DNA of 63,784 nt, filler included, from Olpidium bornovanus S191 (taxonomy: Eukaryota; Fungi; Olpidiomycota), in the NCBI GenBank assembly GCA_017911155.1. It is 25 parts of 25 records of this genome, joined end to end, with 100 filler letters (N's around TTAATTAATTAA, not from the genome) between each part and the next. Parts side by side here need not be neighbours in the genome. Positions count along the whole stretch, not along the records: positions 62,737 to 63,784 come from JAEFCI010003386.1; 24 more parts are not named here. The stretch is one strand, 5' to 3'. This document shows, in pieces, positions 62,637 to 63,784 of this stretch. The notes below the pieces were generated by a model. It saw only the letters and a program-made list of their open reading frames with translations, did no database searches and was not told where the DNA came from. The translations under genes and the position numbers were made by a program. The stretch's first letter is position 1. Each line of letters begins with the position of its first letter.

Positions 62637-62773
62637 NNNNNNNNNNNNNNNNNNNNNNNNNNNNNNNNNNNNNNNNNNNNTTAATTAATTAANNNNNNNN
62701 NNNNNNNNNNNNNNNNNNNNNNNNNNNNNNNNNNNNCGCCGCGGTCGCAAGCGTTCGCTCTCCGCGGTCGGCC

Positions 62774-63784
62774 ATGGCGGCGGACGACTCCGGGAGGTCG
62801 AGCTCGACAAGGGGCGCGTGGCGCGCGGCGGAGAGGCGGCGGAGAAGCGGCACGGCCGCCGCGCGGCTCCGGCCGTGGTTTGTCCTGGCTGTGGCGTTGG
62901 CGGCCCCGTGCATGTTCCGAGGGTGGCAGGCGCAGCCGGTTCCCGCGGGCGCCGGTCCTTTCGCGGCCGCGGCGGCCGAGGCCGTCGGCATGAGCGCCGA
63001 TCCGGAGGACGGCGTCAACGGCGCCGACGCGGCGTCCGTGCTGCTGTTCGAGCGGGCGGATTGCGTGAGCGACGCGACCGCGGAAGACGCCGAGCACGGA
63101 GCGGCGGCCCAGAACGCGGACGCGGCCGGGTTGTCGTCGAGCTGCTGCCACGGCGGGGCGCTGCTGAGGCTTACCGGGGAAGGGAGGAAGTTCCTGGCAG
63201 GCCTCCGGCCGCCGTTCGCCTTCGTGTCCGCCGTGGGCGACACGCGGACCGGCAAATCCACTCTGCTGGGAAACGCGTTCCTGGACGGAGACCACGGCGT
63301 GTTCCAGACGGGCACCGGCGTGGTCTCGCATACTCGCGGGGTCCACGCGACGAAGGTGCCCCAGGTGAGGAAATTGCCCGAAACCAGTGCACGGGGCGAA
63401 ACAAACGACCCGGACAGCTAATGCTTCACCCCGCCAGATCGTTCCGCGTGAGCCGTACGGCGATGTCAACGTCTACTTCATTGACACTGAGGGGTTCCAC
63501 GGAGTGGAGGTAAGGTCCTCTCCGGCCCACAGAGTGGATCGGAGACCCGTTAGAACTCAGCGATATCCGTTTGACCTCGTTTTCTGCTCCCGGCGCTGAC
63601 TTCCGTCTCGTGATCAACCAGACTCTAGTGAGCAAGACCTACGAGGCGAACCTGTTCTCACTTATGACCTTACTTAGTTCATCGCTGGTGTACACGTCGT
63701 TCTTTCCCCTAAACGCGAACGACGTCCACAGGATGAAAAGTTTTGCAGCCCTGGCCAACCTGTTCTTCACATTCTCCGACTTGC
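62774..63784 (+). CDS. GBP/atlastin (GB1/RHD3) family GTPase with an N-terminal hydrophobic segment; 3' truncated
   Basis: VSAVGDTRTGKSTLLG (G1), SHTRGV (G2), YFIDTEGF (G3), NLFSLMTLLSSSLVY; WFVLAVALAAPCMF near the N-terminus. Confidence 0.82.

Noticed and set aside
1-63784. Window as a gene cluster (e.g. AROM, ketopantoate reductase and BCKDHA as a metabolic island)
   Set aside because: The genes lie on separate contigs joined arbitrarily.

Overview
This window is not one locus. It is 25 short eukaryotic contigs (about 0.9-9 kb) joined by 24 artificial 100-bp linkers (N44-TTAATTAATTAA-N44), so adjacency across linkers has no biological meaning. Gene content points to a flagellated (zoosporic) fungus. 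Fungal markers are the AROM polypeptide, a 161-aa fungal-type tropomyosin and a CE4 deacetylase; flagellar markers are axonemal dynein DNAH10 and a PPP1R42-like LRR protein. The genes have GT-AG introns and GC-rich exons. An Olpidium-like organism is my guess, not something the sequence proves. Other recognisable, mostly partial genes are a frameshifted DnaJA, a RasGEF, a GH36 raffinose synthase/Sip1, a frameshifted SWC4/DMAP1, TSC1-like, TOM1/HUWE1, BCKDHA, ketopantoate reductase, a synaptojanin-like phosphatase, an OAC1-like carrier, SMG8-like, a GBP/atlastin-like GTPase and tRNA-Trp. The best novelty candidate is a Ty1/Copia element (20955-22896, minus) with a canonical aromatic-cage chromodomain between integrase and RT, in frame with the RT region, inside a nested retrotransposon cluster. 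A second oddity is an LTR element pairing a Copia/Hemivirus-type half-tRNA primer site with a Gypsy-like gag. About 20 of 49 contig ends fall at CATG, a technical signature that calls for caution with some junctions. All family assignments are by motif recognition from memory; no database searches were run.
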